From Tubulanus polymorphus (lineage: Eukaryota > Animalia > Nemertea): 64,000 nucleotides of DNA. How positions within the stretch are numbered: position 1 is the stretch's first letter; each line of letters begins with the position of its first letter. This document shows, in pieces, positions 47,433-58,079 of the stretch. The DNA lies in NCBI RefSeq assembly GCF_964204645.1, contig NC_134025.1:16591101-16655100 (forward strand), in the 5' to 3' direction. Both the position numbers and the translations under genes were made by a program. The notes under the pieces are model-generated. The model saw only the letters and a program-made list of their open reading frames with translations. It was not told where the DNA came from and made no database searches.

Positions 47433-47774
47433 ATGAATATAACTGTTGGCCCGAGTATATGTTTTGGGTTTGATTTTAAACATGGTAAAGAAATGAGAAT
47501 TAAACTAAATGATGTAATTACTGATATAAAAAGTAAATTATTTAACAATGCGTCAATGATTGATAAAGAAAAGTATAATATAGAAAAAGTAATTGATTTA
47601 ATTAAATCACCTTTAGAATATTATGAATTAAATGAAGATGGAATTATTGAAGATATTAAAAACATATTATCCAAAATATATGATAATCATAAAACTAGTA
47701 ATGAAATAAATGTTGAAATAATCATAAATAAGTTAACTAAATATTTTGAAGATAGTAATTTTTTTGATAAATAA
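47433..47774 (+). CDS. Hypothetical 113-aa protein
   Basis: Homolog of 29851-30204. Confidence 0.8.
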   Translation: MNITVGPSICFGFDFKHGKEMRIKLNDVITDIKSKLFNNASMIDKEKYNIEKVIDLIKSPLEYYELNEDGIIEDIKNILSKIYDNHKTSNEINVEIIINKLTKYFEDSNFFDK

Positions 47775-47996
47775 ATGAGTGATAATAAGTGGATAATAAC
47801 TGGATTATATAATGGCGCATTACTATCAGTTGGAACGGTTGGTTATTCAATGGTATTAAAAAAAGTATTCAAAATGGGAAGTGTTAATGTTGATAGATTT
47901 GATATAAATGATATTTTAAAATTAACATTAGCAGTTACTTTATCTAATTTAACTATTGATTATTTAGAAAAACAAAAATATATTCCTCCCATATAA
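47775..47996 (+). CDS. 73-aa small hydrophobic protein
   Basis: Conserved in all three elements. Confidence 0.88.
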   Translation: MSDNKWIITGLYNGALLSVGTVGYSMVLKKVFKMGSVNVDRFDINDILKLTLAVTLSNLTIDYLEKQKYIPPI

Positions 47997-48020
47997 ATGC
48001 ATAATTTTTTTGCTAAATAA

Positions 48021-48443
48021 ATGGCTTCTGCAATTATAACTATTATAGGATCGGCAATTGTTAACGCTTTAGCATTTACTGGTGGTGGATATTTATTTAA
48101 ACATATTGATAAAAATAGTTCATTAGGAGAACAAAGAAGACATAACTTAGCGTTAGAGAAATACAATAAAGCTGCAGAAGAATATAGAGAAAAACGACAA
48201 AACTATATGGATTACATCAATAAAGAATTATATGATCAGAAGATTTCACATAGAGATTTTCAATCAGTTGATGATGCAATGAGTTTATATAACGCAGTAA
48301 CAAATAAAGAAAAATTACATCTATACACACCTAAATTATCAGATTATTATACCCCAAGTAAAGAACAACAGAAATATGAAATAATTTGGATTTTAGGTGG
48401 AACAGTTATTGTTATATTTGTAGCATATAAGTTTACTAATTAG
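48021..48443 (+). CDS. 140-aa membrane-associated protein
   Basis: Conserved in all three elements. Confidence 0.88.
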   Translation: MASAIITIIGSAIVNALAFTGGGYLFKHIDKNSSLGEQRRHNLALEKYNKAAEEYREKRQNYMDYINKELYDQKISHRDFQSVDDAMSLYNAVTNKEKLHLYTPKLSDYYTPSKEQQKYEIIWILGGTVIVIFVAYKFTN

Positions 48444-48461
48444 TAATTTTTTTCTAAATAA

Positions 48462-48896
48462 ATGGAAGATAAAGTTGATAGTATTGATATTATTCCTCAT
48501 GATATAAATAAAACTAAATTAAAAACATATTTAGAAAAACAAATATTAGAATTTGAAAGTGACTTAAAGATAAAAAAGAAAAAATATTTAAAAAGTAAAA
48601 TTATATATTATTTGATTATAAGTGGTTCGGTTACAATTAGTTCTGTAATAACATTTCTAGCAATATTCAGCCCATTAACACCTTTAGCTATATCAATTGG
48701 TGTATTAGGATTAAGTTCAAGTGTTTTAACTGGTATAAGTTCAAAATTAAATATAAAAAGTAATAAAGAAAAAATAAAATCTAATATAAAAGAAATTAAT
48801 AAATTAAAGAACACACTAGATTATATAATAAGTTTAAATGGCCATATAACAGTTGAAGAACAAGATAAATTATTAAAAGAATTAATAAATTATTAA
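48462..48896 (+). CDS. 144-aa two-TM protein
   Basis: Conserved in all three elements. Confidence 0.88.
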   Translation: MEDKVDSIDIIPHDINKTKLKTYLEKQILEFESDLKIKKKKYLKSKIIYYLIISGSVTISSVITFLAIFSPLTPLAISIGVLGLSSSVLTGISSKLNIKSNKEKIKSNIKEINKLKNTLDYIISLNGHITVEEQDKLLKELINY

Positions 48897-48913
48897 TTTT
48901 TTTAATTATATAA

Positions 48914-50302
48914 ATGGTAGATAGTTTTCCAAAAGCTTTCCAATACAATAAATCAATTAAATATAATATTCCAGCAATAGATTTTAATAAAGATATTACA
49001 TATAGAAATGAAGTTTTAGATTCATTAACTAATTTAGAAATTTATGTTACTGAAACTAATAATTTTAATGCAAAGATGGAAAATATATTTCATATATATT
49101 TAATTAATTTTTAAAAATTGAAAGATGAAAAACAATGGTTATTAAAATCTAATATGAAGTATTGGCAGAATCAATTAAATTTTGCTGTTTATTGTGCAAC
49201 AACAGGTTGTGGAATTAGTTGGAATGATCATTTGAATAATTCTAAATATAAACTAATTCAAAGTTTATTTAGATTTCATACATACTTTCAAATCAGAATA
49301 ATATTAAATGAATTAGTGTGCGCTTTACCAGGATCTAGGTATTTCAAAGAATTAGATAATAATATTAATTTATCTAAGTTTTATAAGATTTGCAATGAAT
49401 TTAATATAGATATAAATAATTCTGATTTTAGAACAAAAATTGGAACAATAAGATCACTTCCATGCCCTAGAAAGATTGCAGAATATTGTGCACTTCCCAT
49501 ACCATCTAATAGTTTTTATAATATCTATAATAATAAATTAGGTTATGGTAAAATAGAAACAAAGGATTTAGAAACATTAAATTTCAATAAATTACCGAAA
49601 TTTTACGATAATTTAAAACAAGAAAACAATAATGGTTGGGTTTATTTCATTTTAGAAAATAGTGAAGGTTTTACTAAATCAGGTATAGAAAGAATAAATC
49701 AATCTATTAGAATTTATTTGATATGTATTTTAGGCGCTCAAGTTGAAACAAGATCACCGATAATTGGAAATTTAAATACATCATTCGATACACAAAAACA
49801 ATTTAAAGTTTTATTTGAAGATTCCATACATAATGATAAAAATAGATCGATTCCAGAAAACATTATAAGATATCAAAATTATTTAGATAAATCACATATT
49901 AGATTAAATTATTGTATAGGTCCTAATCTATTAATTATTTCTAATGATTTAGTATTAAAGATGGGAAACATAATTGGTTATAATAATCTAATTAAAACCG
50001 CAACAATAAATAATTCATTTGGATTGAATGATATAAATAAAAAGATTATCACTGCTCCAAAATTAATGGAAGGTGAAAAAAATAAAAAACATATTCAATC
50101 AACAGAAACTAAAACTAAGAATATTAAATTAAATAATGATTCTAAAATAAAAGATTACAATACATCAGAAGATATAAAAACTGATAAAATTCAACATGAT
50201 ATAATTAAACTAAATGACGATAATAAATCCCATGAAAATACTAAATTAGCTATAACTTGTATAGGAATTGTAATCGGAGGAATATTATATTTTAAATTTT
50301 AA
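48914..50302 (+). pseudogene. ~445-aa conserved protein with one in-frame TAA (49112-49114)
   Basis: 66-aa and 394-aa ORFs are in the same frame and align to 31348-32685. Confidence 0.82.
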
Positions 50303-50318
50303 TTTTTTTATTATGTAA

Positions 50319-52034
50319 ATGGATGTAGAAGGTGGAGAAGATTATGAAATGGGAGAAATGGGAAATAATAATGAAGGATATATTGATGATGATTATAATG
50401 ATGCAGAAACTAATATTGATAATGATGATGAATCAGCATATAATACTAATTTAGGTGAAGATGATGATTATGATGATGATTATGATGATGATCCCGAATT
50501 ACGTGAAAAATTAAATAAATATTTAAAAGCTCCTGAAATTGGTAGAATTTCAACTAGAAGAGAAAGAAAAGAATTTATGGAACTATTAGAAAAACAACAA
50601 GAAAAATATCCTGATAAACCTATGGAATTATATAAAATGAAATCTAGAGTAACAGATACAATTGTTAACGAATTATTACCAACAGTTGTAATAGATGAAA
50701 TTGATTCAGAAGGTGTTGTAGAACAAATTTTTAAAGATGACCCATATTTCACAAATAATTTAGAATTTAAAAATGATTCATGGTATTATAATGTTAATTT
50801 AAATAACACAATTGTATCAATTCAATTATCTAAAATGGGTCAAGAAAATATTTATGAACCTGAAATGCGAGCAACATCTACAATTGAAGGTTCAAAAGGT
50901 GGTAGAGAATTTCTCAGAATTATATGGAATGCACTCGATAGAGTAAATGAAGAAGAACCAATTCCTAATATTGATATAAACAAATATTCACCATTTAAAA
51001 ATCCAAATCCAAATCCTACTGATTTTGATCCAGAAATGGAAGAGAATAGAAATCGATTAGATAAATTGAGATCTTCAACACCCGAAACATCGAGAAGAGA
51101 CACTCAACCAATTGATAATTATTCAAGTCAATTACAATTAGAAAAACAAATTGATAGATTAAGAGATTCAGAAGAACTGATGAATAGTATATCAGATACA
51201 TCTGGTTCTGAAACTGGAATAAATCGACTGCAATATTTACTAGAAAAAGGATTTCTTAATTTAACTGATGCAGAATTAGAAACATTTCCTGAACAAATAC
51301 GTAGAGAAATTAAAGGTATACAAGTATCAGCTGATGAAATTGCTAATATTAAGATGAGATTTTCTAAAATAACCATGTTAGAAAAAGAATTAGTTAATGT
51401 AGATGAAGAATTAAAACAATTAGAATTAAATAGAGATCATCAAGTAGTTTATGAAGCTGATTATGAAAGCAGAAAGTTAGCTTTAGTAAAAGAAATAGAT
51501 GATTTAGAATATAACATAAAATTACAAAAAGAAGAAAGAGATATATTATTAAAATCATATGATCTTAATCATATTAAAAAATTAAAAGTTATTTTTAAAG
51601 ATTTGTTGATAAAACCAGATTCTGAAATATCATTAAAAGACAGAATAAAGTTATTATTTAAGTTAGAAGGAATAACAATTCTTTCAATTCTAACAGCTGT
51701 AACTATGTTATTTACAACAATTGGTTTAGCAATATCAAATGCTTTAAAATCTACTCCTACTCCCACTCCCAATAAACCAGATAAACCTCCAGGTAATAAT
51801 TCTATACAAGATAAAGTTAAGGATGGTTTAAAAAAATTAGCAAAATATTTATGGGAACTATCAAAGAAATCTGCTGCAGCATTGCCAGGAGTTATTGCAT
51901 CAATTGTTGGTTTTATATTGAAATCTGCAGGAAACATTCTTAACTTTGCTGCTGAACATATTATTTTATTTTTAATTACAGTTGTAAGTGCTATTATTTT
52001 TGGGTTAGTAAATATGATATCAAAAAATAAATAA
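50319..52034 (+). CDS. 571-aa acidic/coiled-coil protein with C-terminal TM segments
   Basis: Variable N-terminal part, conserved hydrophobic C-terminus. Confidence 0.88.
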   Translation: MDVEGGEDYEMGEMGNNNEGYIDDDYNDAETNIDNDDESAYNTNLGEDDDYDDDYDDDPELREKLNKYLKAPEIGRISTRRERKEFMELLEKQQEKYPDKPMELYKMKSRVTDTIVNELLPTVVIDEIDSEGVVEQIFKDDPYFTNNLEFKNDSWYYNVNLNNTIVSIQLSKMGQENIYEPEMRATSTIEGSKGGREFLRIIWNALDRVNEEEPIPNIDINKYSPFKNPNPNPTDFDPEMEENRNRLDKLRSSTPETSRRDTQPIDNYSSQLQLEKQIDRLRDSEELMNSISDTSGSETGINRLQYLLEKGFLNLTDAELETFPEQIRREIKGIQVSADEIANIKMRFSKITMLEKELVNVDEELKQLELNRDHQVVYEADYESRKLALVKEIDDLEYNIKLQKEERDILLKSYDLNHIKKLKVIFKDLLIKPDSEISLKDRIKLLFKLEGITILSILTAVTMLFTTIGLAISNALKSTPTPTPNKPDKPPGNNSIQDKVKDGLKKLAKYLWELSKKSAAALPGVIASIVGFILKSAGNILNFAAEHIILFLITVVSAIIFGLVNMISKNK

Positions 52035-52054
52035 TTAATTTTTTTGTTAAATAA

Positions 52055-53302
52055 ATGAGTGGGAGTTATATCAATCCTTCTAAGAATCATAGAATATCTA
52101 ATGCTATTAAAGCAGAAAGATCACATCATATAATTACTCATAACCCTTCAAATATTAATCCCGATGAAACTTCATACGTTAGAATCCCTCGATTAACACA
52201 AAATACTTTTTATGTTCCAAATAGTATTTATTTATCAGCCGATATAAAAGTAATCGGTAATAATAATAATTATGTCGTTGATAATGTTGGAAGATATTTG
52301 ATTAAAAAATTAACTATAAAGATTGGTCCGGAAACAGTTTTCTCATTAGATGATTATAATTTATTTATGCATTATAAAGATTTATGGTTAACTAAAGAAA
52401 ATAGAAATAATATGATATTTCAAGGAATTCAATCAGAAAACCAAAATAAATTAAGATCAGAAGCTAATAGCGCAATATTAACAAATGATGTAGATAAATT
52501 GATAAAAAGTATATATGGAAGCAAATATAAAATTCCATTAGACTTTGAATTGATAAATAATAATGCACCTTTATATAAATACGCAATTCAAGAAGATATT
52601 ATATTCGAAATAACATTTGCTCCTGTAAATGAAATTGTATTATCTAGCGTTAATAAAGATATGAGTTATAAATTATCGAATATATGTTTAGAAAATGATA
52701 CAGTAACTGATGAAAATATTTCAAGTATAATTCAAACTCAATACAATCAAGGATTTTCATTATTATATGATTATATTGATAAATTTAAAACTGTAACTAT
52801 TAATGCAAATGATGAAATAATTAATGAGAATATTAACTTTCCTAGAAGATCTATTAAAGGTATATTAATATTTTTTACCATTGGAACGTATACTAATGGC
52901 GCAATAAATGTTGACAATTATTATAATCCTGAAATATCAAAAGTAGAAATAACTATTGAAGGTATAGCGAATAAAATATTTTGTCAAGGAATGAGAATGA
53001 TAGATCAATGGGTAGAAATTAGAAAACATTTTATGAATGAAAAAGTAAAATCATCTGAAAATTGTAACATTAATCAAATTGATTATTATACCGGTAATAA
53101 ATATGCATTATGGTTAGATTTTAGAACAACTGAAGATAACTTATTACATGGTTCTGGAAAAAAACTACAGAACACTAAAGATGGAATACAATTATTCATG
53201 AAAAAGAAAAAAGGAAGCTTAAATTTTAAAATGCATATTTATATTATATCTGACGCGCAATTAAATATTGTAAATTCACAATTAGATAGTGTTATGTATT
53301 AA
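52055..53302 (+). CDS. Major capsid protein (double jelly-roll), 415 aa
   Basis: Highly similar to 34161-35408. Confidence 0.8.
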   Translation: MSGSYINPSKNHRISNAIKAERSHHIITHNPSNINPDETSYVRIPRLTQNTFYVPNSIYLSADIKVIGNNNNYVVDNVGRYLIKKLTIKIGPETVFSLDDYNLFMHYKDLWLTKENRNNMIFQGIQSENQNKLRSEANSAILTNDVDKLIKSIYGSKYKIPLDFELINNNAPLYKYAIQEDIIFEITFAPVNEIVLSSVNKDMSYKLSNICLENDTVTDENISSIIQTQYNQGFSLLYDYIDKFKTVTINANDEIINENINFPRRSIKGILIFFTIGTYTNGAINVDNYYNPEISKVEITIEGIANKIFCQGMRMIDQWVEIRKHFMNEKVKSSENCNINQIDYYTGNKYALWLDFRTTEDNLLHGSGKKLQNTKDGIQLFMKKKKGSLNFKMHIYIISDAQLNIVNSQLDSVMY

Positions 53303-53334
53303 AATTTTAACTTTAATAAAAAATCTTATATTAA

Positions 53335-54462
53335 ATGGAAGGTGGAATATATGAAATACAAACTCCAAGTGAAATGATATCAGATATATATTATATATTA
53401 CCTTATGATGAATACAGTAAGTATTTTGGAGATTACTTTAATCAATTCAAATATAGAATAAGTAAAATAAAAGATAATATTGAATATAAAATAGAAGATA
53501 ATATTGAAACTAAAATAGAAGATAAGAATGATATTGAATATAAAATAGAAGATGTAACAGCATCTACATCTTATAATATACCCTCTACATATGATATTGA
53601 ATCAAAAAAGACAAATGAAAAATATTGTGACGTATGTAAACAGTATAAAAGTTATAAGAATTGGGCAACTCATCTTAATTCACTCAAGCATGAGAAAAAT
53701 AAGAATAAGATTTTAAATGAATTGAATAATGATAGTGAAATTGATAATGATAATGTTAAAGAAGATAAATATTGTGAAGAATGTGATAAATATATAAGTC
53801 GTAGTAATTTTTCAAAACATAAATTAACACAGATACATTTGGATAATATAGAAAGAAATATATGTGAAAAGTGTAATGTTGTTGTATTACCTAAAGATAG
53901 AATTAAACATGATAATTCTTTTGAACATACAATAAAAGCTGCTGATTTAAATTACCTTTATAGAGTACCAACTGTATTTTTTGATATCGAAAATAATGAT
54001 CATAGGAAATTATATAGATCAATTTTTATCGATTATGTAAGAAATAATCCAAAACAAGTATTATCAGATATTAAAATTGGTCGGACGCTTATAAAAATTG
54101 ATCTAAATAATTATTGGGGTATATATTATTTCATCAAATTTAAAAGGAGAGATTTTTTAACAGAATTGAAAAAAGTTGCTGCTAATGATAATATAAGTGA
54201 TAACTTTGATGAAATAATTCAATACTATAGTTATGAAGATTTTTCACAGGATGTTATAAATAAAATAAGAAATGAAGCAAAAAATGAATATAAAAATATA
54301 AGTGAAGACAAATTAAACCAATATATTTATTTAACTTATGAATTCTTTGTTAAGGGTTTGAATGGTAATGGTTATCATTTTAAACTATTAGGTGAAAGAA
54401 GATCACAAGAATTAAGAGTTGCATGGCGCAAATTGTTTTTAGAATTAGAATCAGAAAAGTAA
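53335..54462 (+). CDS. Multi-zinc-finger protein, C-terminus weakly VLTF-3-like
   Basis: CDVC..HLNSLKH, CEEC..HKLTQIH, CEKC..HDNSFEH; LTYEFF..FKLL..QEL..AWRKL. Confidence 0.7.
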   Translation: MEGGIYEIQTPSEMISDIYYILPYDEYSKYFGDYFNQFKYRISKIKDNIEYKIEDNIETKIEDKNDIEYKIEDVTASTSYNIPSTYDIESKKTNEKYCDVCKQYKSYKNWATHLNSLKHEKNKNKILNELNNDSEIDNDNVKEDKYCEECDKYISRSNFSKHKLTQIHLDNIERNICEKCNVVVLPKDRIKHDNSFEHTIKAADLNYLYRVPTVFFDIENNDHRKLYRSIFIDYVRNNPKQVLSDIKIGRTLIKIDLNNYWGIYYFIKFKRRDFLTELKKVAANDNISDNFDEIIQYYSYEDFSQDVINKIRNEAKNEYKNISEDKLNQYIYLTYEFFVKGLNGNGYHFKLLGERRSQELRVAWRKLFLELESEK

Positions 54463-54489
54463 TTTAAAATATGAATATAATACCCTTTG

Positions 54490-55015
54490 TGTCTTTATTG
54501 TCTTTAGTAGTTTAGTACTTTTAGTACATAAAGAATAAATCTTTATTTTATTAGTAGTGAATAAAATTATTTTTAAAACTACTAAACTACTAAAGACAAT
54601 AAAGACATAAATATATATATATAACACTGTTTCAATAATTATATTTATTCATCTGATGGATTTTATATATTACTGTTTCAATAATTAAATCTATTTATCA
54701 CACATATTTATTATATATATCATAGATTTACCATTTATAAAAATTATTTATATATTTATTCTTTATGTACTAAAATTATAAAAGATAATAAACACATAAC
54801 AAAACACATATAGATGTAATAAATATCATAGATTTATTTATCTCACATATTTATTATATATATTTAATTCAGTAATAATAAATCTATATGTGTTTGTTAT
54901 GTCTTTATTATCTTTAGTAGTTTAGTAGTTCTATTTTATTTTATTCACTACTAATAAAATAAAGATTTATTCTATATGTACTAAAAGTACTAAACTACTA
55001 AAGATAATAAAGACA
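54490..55015. repeat. Nested inverted-repeat (fold-back) region between convergent gene arrays
   Basis: 54490-54567 is the rc of 54938-55015 (2 mismatches); 54577-54609 is the rc of 54897-54930. Confidence 0.85.
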
Positions 55016-55074
55016 TTAGGGGGAGGTATATAATACATATCTAATACATATCTAATACATAGGTATACAAATAG

Positions 55075-55689
55075 TTATTTTATAAATTTATATTCATATG
55101 GAAATTGTAGTCTCAGAAGTAATTTGGAACCTTTATTATTCTTTAATTTATTCATATATTCATCGTGTAATTCAGTAGGTATAATTTGATTTTCTTCCAA
55201 AGATTGTTGCATAGATTTTCTATCTTTGTTGTAGAATAAAACTAGAAATCTTATATTCTCTCTAAAATCTTTCACAATTGAATTATATTTCTGATTTAAA
55301 ACCCAAGTTGTTATCCCAAAATGTCTACCAGAGAAAGCTAAATAACATAACTCACTTTCTCTAATTTTAGAATCATGTAAATTTGCGCAATCATCGATAA
55401 TAAATAATGTATTAGATCCTTTATAAATATCTAATGCAATTTTTATACAATTATCTAAATTATCTTTTACTGTTTTAGAATTTAATATAATAAACTTTTT
55501 ATCTTTAAAAACTATATCTCTATTATACGTTTCATTCATTTCATAAGTTGGGCAGAATAATATTATATTATCGAAATGATTTTTATAAATAGTTTCTAAT
55601 AAATCTAATATGAAGTGTGTTTTACCACAATTTGTAAATCCAGTAACTAACATATTATGTGGTTCAAATATAAACAAATCTTTATTCAT
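55075..55689 (-). CDS. A32-like packaging ATPase
   Basis: GFTNCGKT, LFIIDD, SGRH. Confidence 0.93.
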   Translation of the reverse strand: MNKDLFIFEPHNMLVTGFTNCGKTHFILDLLETIYKNHFDNIILFCPTYEMNETYNRDIVFKDKKFIILNSKTVKDNLDNCIKIALDIYKGSNTLFIIDDCANLHDSKIRESELCYLAFSGRHFGITTWVLNQKYNSIVKDFRENIRFLVLFYNKDRKSMQQSLEENQIIPTELHDEYMNKLKNNKGSKLLLRLQFPYEYKFIK

Positions 55690-56770
55690 TTATTCTTTTA
55701 ATTTTACTAGATAAAATCCATTCATTAAATTTATCATCATATCCTTTATATTTCACCAGAGAATATTTCTTACCGCGTAATGTTTTAGTTTTCAATACCT
55801 TTTCTATTTTGTATTCTATTTCATCTGGATTTGGTACTAATGATAATTCTTGTTCATAAAAATAACCTAATATTTCTTCATCTTTTAAATCAAACAATTT
55901 ATAAACAAATGGTTTAGTTAATATTATCTTTTTAATCTTGAATATTTCTTCAGTAAAATTAGGGGTATAACCTTTATAAAATGTTTTTCTATATTTAGAA
56001 ATTCTAACATGTTGTCCTATTTTAAATTTAGGTTCTCCAAAATCATGTGTAACAAATGCTCCATATAAATTATTCCAAACTATTTCTGAATTATCTTCTT
56101 TTCTAGCTTGTATAGGTTTCATATTTATAGAACTATGTTTAGAATTATTATAACCTTTCACTAAATCATCTAACACATCGATATATTTATCTGTTTCATT
56201 AGCAGTAAAATATTTCCACATTCTAGTTTTCAATGTTTTATTAAATCTTTCTATAACAGATGCTTTTTTATCTGAGTGTGTTGAAAAATATTCTACATCG
56301 TTATCAGACAATAGTTTATTGAAATGTTTGTTATAAAATTCTTTACCTTCATCAAATTGTATCTTATCTGGAATAGCTTCTTTAAATATAGATTTAAAAG
56401 CATTTGTTACTTCTATTCCAGTTTTATTTTTGATTGGAATTGACCATGCGTATCTACTGAATATGTCTATAACATTTAGTATCCAAAAATATCCTTTGTT
56501 ATATTCTTCTAAGTTTTTCATATCAATTAAATCAGCTTGCCATTGTTGGTCAATATATGAAACCATTACTTTTCTTGTTAAATATTTTCTATCCATCTTT
56601 TTATGAATTTGATATGTGGGTTGATTTTGTAACCATGATTTTAATTCACTATATTTTATTTTTTCTTTATCAGATTTAATTTTATCCCATAATTCCGAAA
56701 CACTTGAATATGAAACTTCACTTTCTGGGTTATAATATAAATCTCTTAAATATTGTTCTTTTTTCATCAT
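55682..56770 (-). CDS. RVE integrase with chromodomain-like C-terminus
   Basis: QWQADLIDM, IQFDEGKEF, SVIERFNKT. Confidence 0.94.
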   Translation of the reverse strand: MMKKEQYLRDLYYNPESEVSYSSVSELWDKIKSDKEKIKYSELKSWLQNQPTYQIHKKMDRKYLTRKVMVSYIDQQWQADLIDMKNLEEYNKGYFWILNVIDIFSRYAWSIPIKNKTGIEVTNAFKSIFKEAIPDKIQFDEGKEFYNKHFNKLLSDNDVEYFSTHSDKKASVIERFNKTLKTRMWKYFTANETDKYIDVLDDLVKGYNNSKHSSINMKPIQARKEDNSEIVWNNLYGAFVTHDFGEPKFKIGQHVRISKYRKTFYKGYTPNFTEEIFKIKKIILTKPFVYKLFDLKDEEILGYFYEQELSLVPNPDEIEYKIEKVLKTKTLRGKKYSLVKYKGYDDKFNEWILSSKIKRINE

Positions 56771-56773
56771 ATT

Positions 56774-57154
56774 TTAATCCATTAATAATATTTTAGATTT
56801 ATTTTCATTTGATTTATTTTCTGGTATGATAGGTTTATCATCGGAATCATCTTTATCATCAGAATTGAATTTTGATTTATATATTACACCGGAGAATATA
56901 ATAATTGTGATTAACCCAATTGTAATATATAAGTAATTATTTCTTCCACTATTAGAAGAATTAGATGGATTATTATTTGAATCAATACCACCGTGTGGGT
57001 GCCGTACGGCATCATCAGATAATTTCTGTGATTCATTTATATCAGTTAATTTCTTTTTCTTAGCTTTTTTTAATTCTGATGATCTTTTACCTAATTCTCT
57101 TGCCCATTTAATTTGTTTCTCGGATCTAGCCTTTTTCTTAACGCTATCACTCAT
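56774..57154 (-). CDS. 126-aa basic single-TM protein
   Basis: RSEKQIKWARELG; carries the in-frame AVRHPHG palindrome insert. Confidence 0.82.
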   Translation of the reverse strand: MSDSVKKKARSEKQIKWARELGKRSSELKKAKKKKLTDINESQKLSDDAVRHPHGGIDSNNNPSNSSNSGRNNYLYITIGLITIIIFSGVIYKSKFNSDDKDDSDDKPIIPENKSNENKSKILLMD

Positions 57155-57749
57155 TTATTTTAGTTAATTTTTGTTCTGATTCATTTTCTGTTTCGACGTT
57201 TGGTTGTAGTACATCTGTTTCGTTCTTACCTGATTTATATTCCATAGGCTTGATATTCGAAAATGTTATAACTCCAGTAGAAATCAATGTCATAACCGAT
57301 CCTAATTGAAATGAAGCATAACCGACCCATTTTTGTAATTCAGTCATAACTAAATAGTCATTTTTCAAATCATTATATAATTTATTTTCATCATCAATTG
57401 GTATTAACTGGTTACATAACTTAGAATAACATTTGACAATACCATTCGAAATAGAATCATTTATTTTAGATAATCTTGCCTCTTCATAAATCTTAAAATA
57501 TTTTATTACTTTATCGGGTTTCATAGCATCTAATTCTTGAAAAGTTATTATTTTTCCCAAGAAATCCTTAGATTTCCCTCCAGCAATTAATAATTCAAGA
57601 TGGTCCTTACAATATAAATAGTATTCATAATCAATATTACAATTAATATTATTTTCAATTTTGATTGGAATATCCTTATTATCACTAATGCCTAAATCAT
57701 CTAATGTTTTTTCAATGTTGGTATTATTCTTATTAGATTTCTTTGACAT
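57147..57749 (-). CDS. 200-aa conserved protein
   Basis: Homologs in E1 and E2. Confidence 0.85.
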   Translation of the reverse strand: MSKKSNKNNTNIEKTLDDLGISDNKDIPIKIENNINCNIDYEYYLYCKDHLELLIAGGKSKDFLGKIITFQELDAMKPDKVIKYFKIYEEARLSKINDSISNGIVKCYSKLCNQLIPIDDENKLYNDLKNDYLVMTELQKWVGYASFQLGSVMTLISTGVITFSNIKPMEYKSGKNETDVLQPNVETENESEQKLTKINE

Positions 57750-58079
57750 TTATATAGGAGAAAAAAGCAAGAAAAATATTATAAGTATTATAAAATGATA
57801 CTAGCTAGTTAAAGCTAAAGAATTCTAGTATTGACTACTGATACTAGCTATTTGAATTTAAAGAATTTCTATTTGAATCTATTCAAAATATAAAGTATTC
57901 TCTTTTTGAAAAGAAAATATTAAAAATATAATAGAATTCACTAGCAGTTGAAGTTATTGTTTTTTTATTATATTTTATTTAAATTAGGATCTAATATCTC
58001 ACTACTATTGTCTATCACTGTGTGGGTGCTGTTTATGGCACCATCTATTAGGAGCAGTAACTATAACTGTCCAGATAAG

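Noticed and set aside
12831-52090. Recurrent antisense ORFs (12831-13349, 33864-34196, 51569-52090, 30397-30600, 31043-31249 and similar)
   Set aside because: Shadows of conserved sense genes; no TAAATG start and no independent motifs.
58057-58075. TAACTATAACTGTCC resembles the I-CeuI / large-subunit rRNA site TAACTATAACGGTCC
   Set aside because: Match is only ~14 nt and is not kept in the E1/E2 versions of the motif; no rRNA context.
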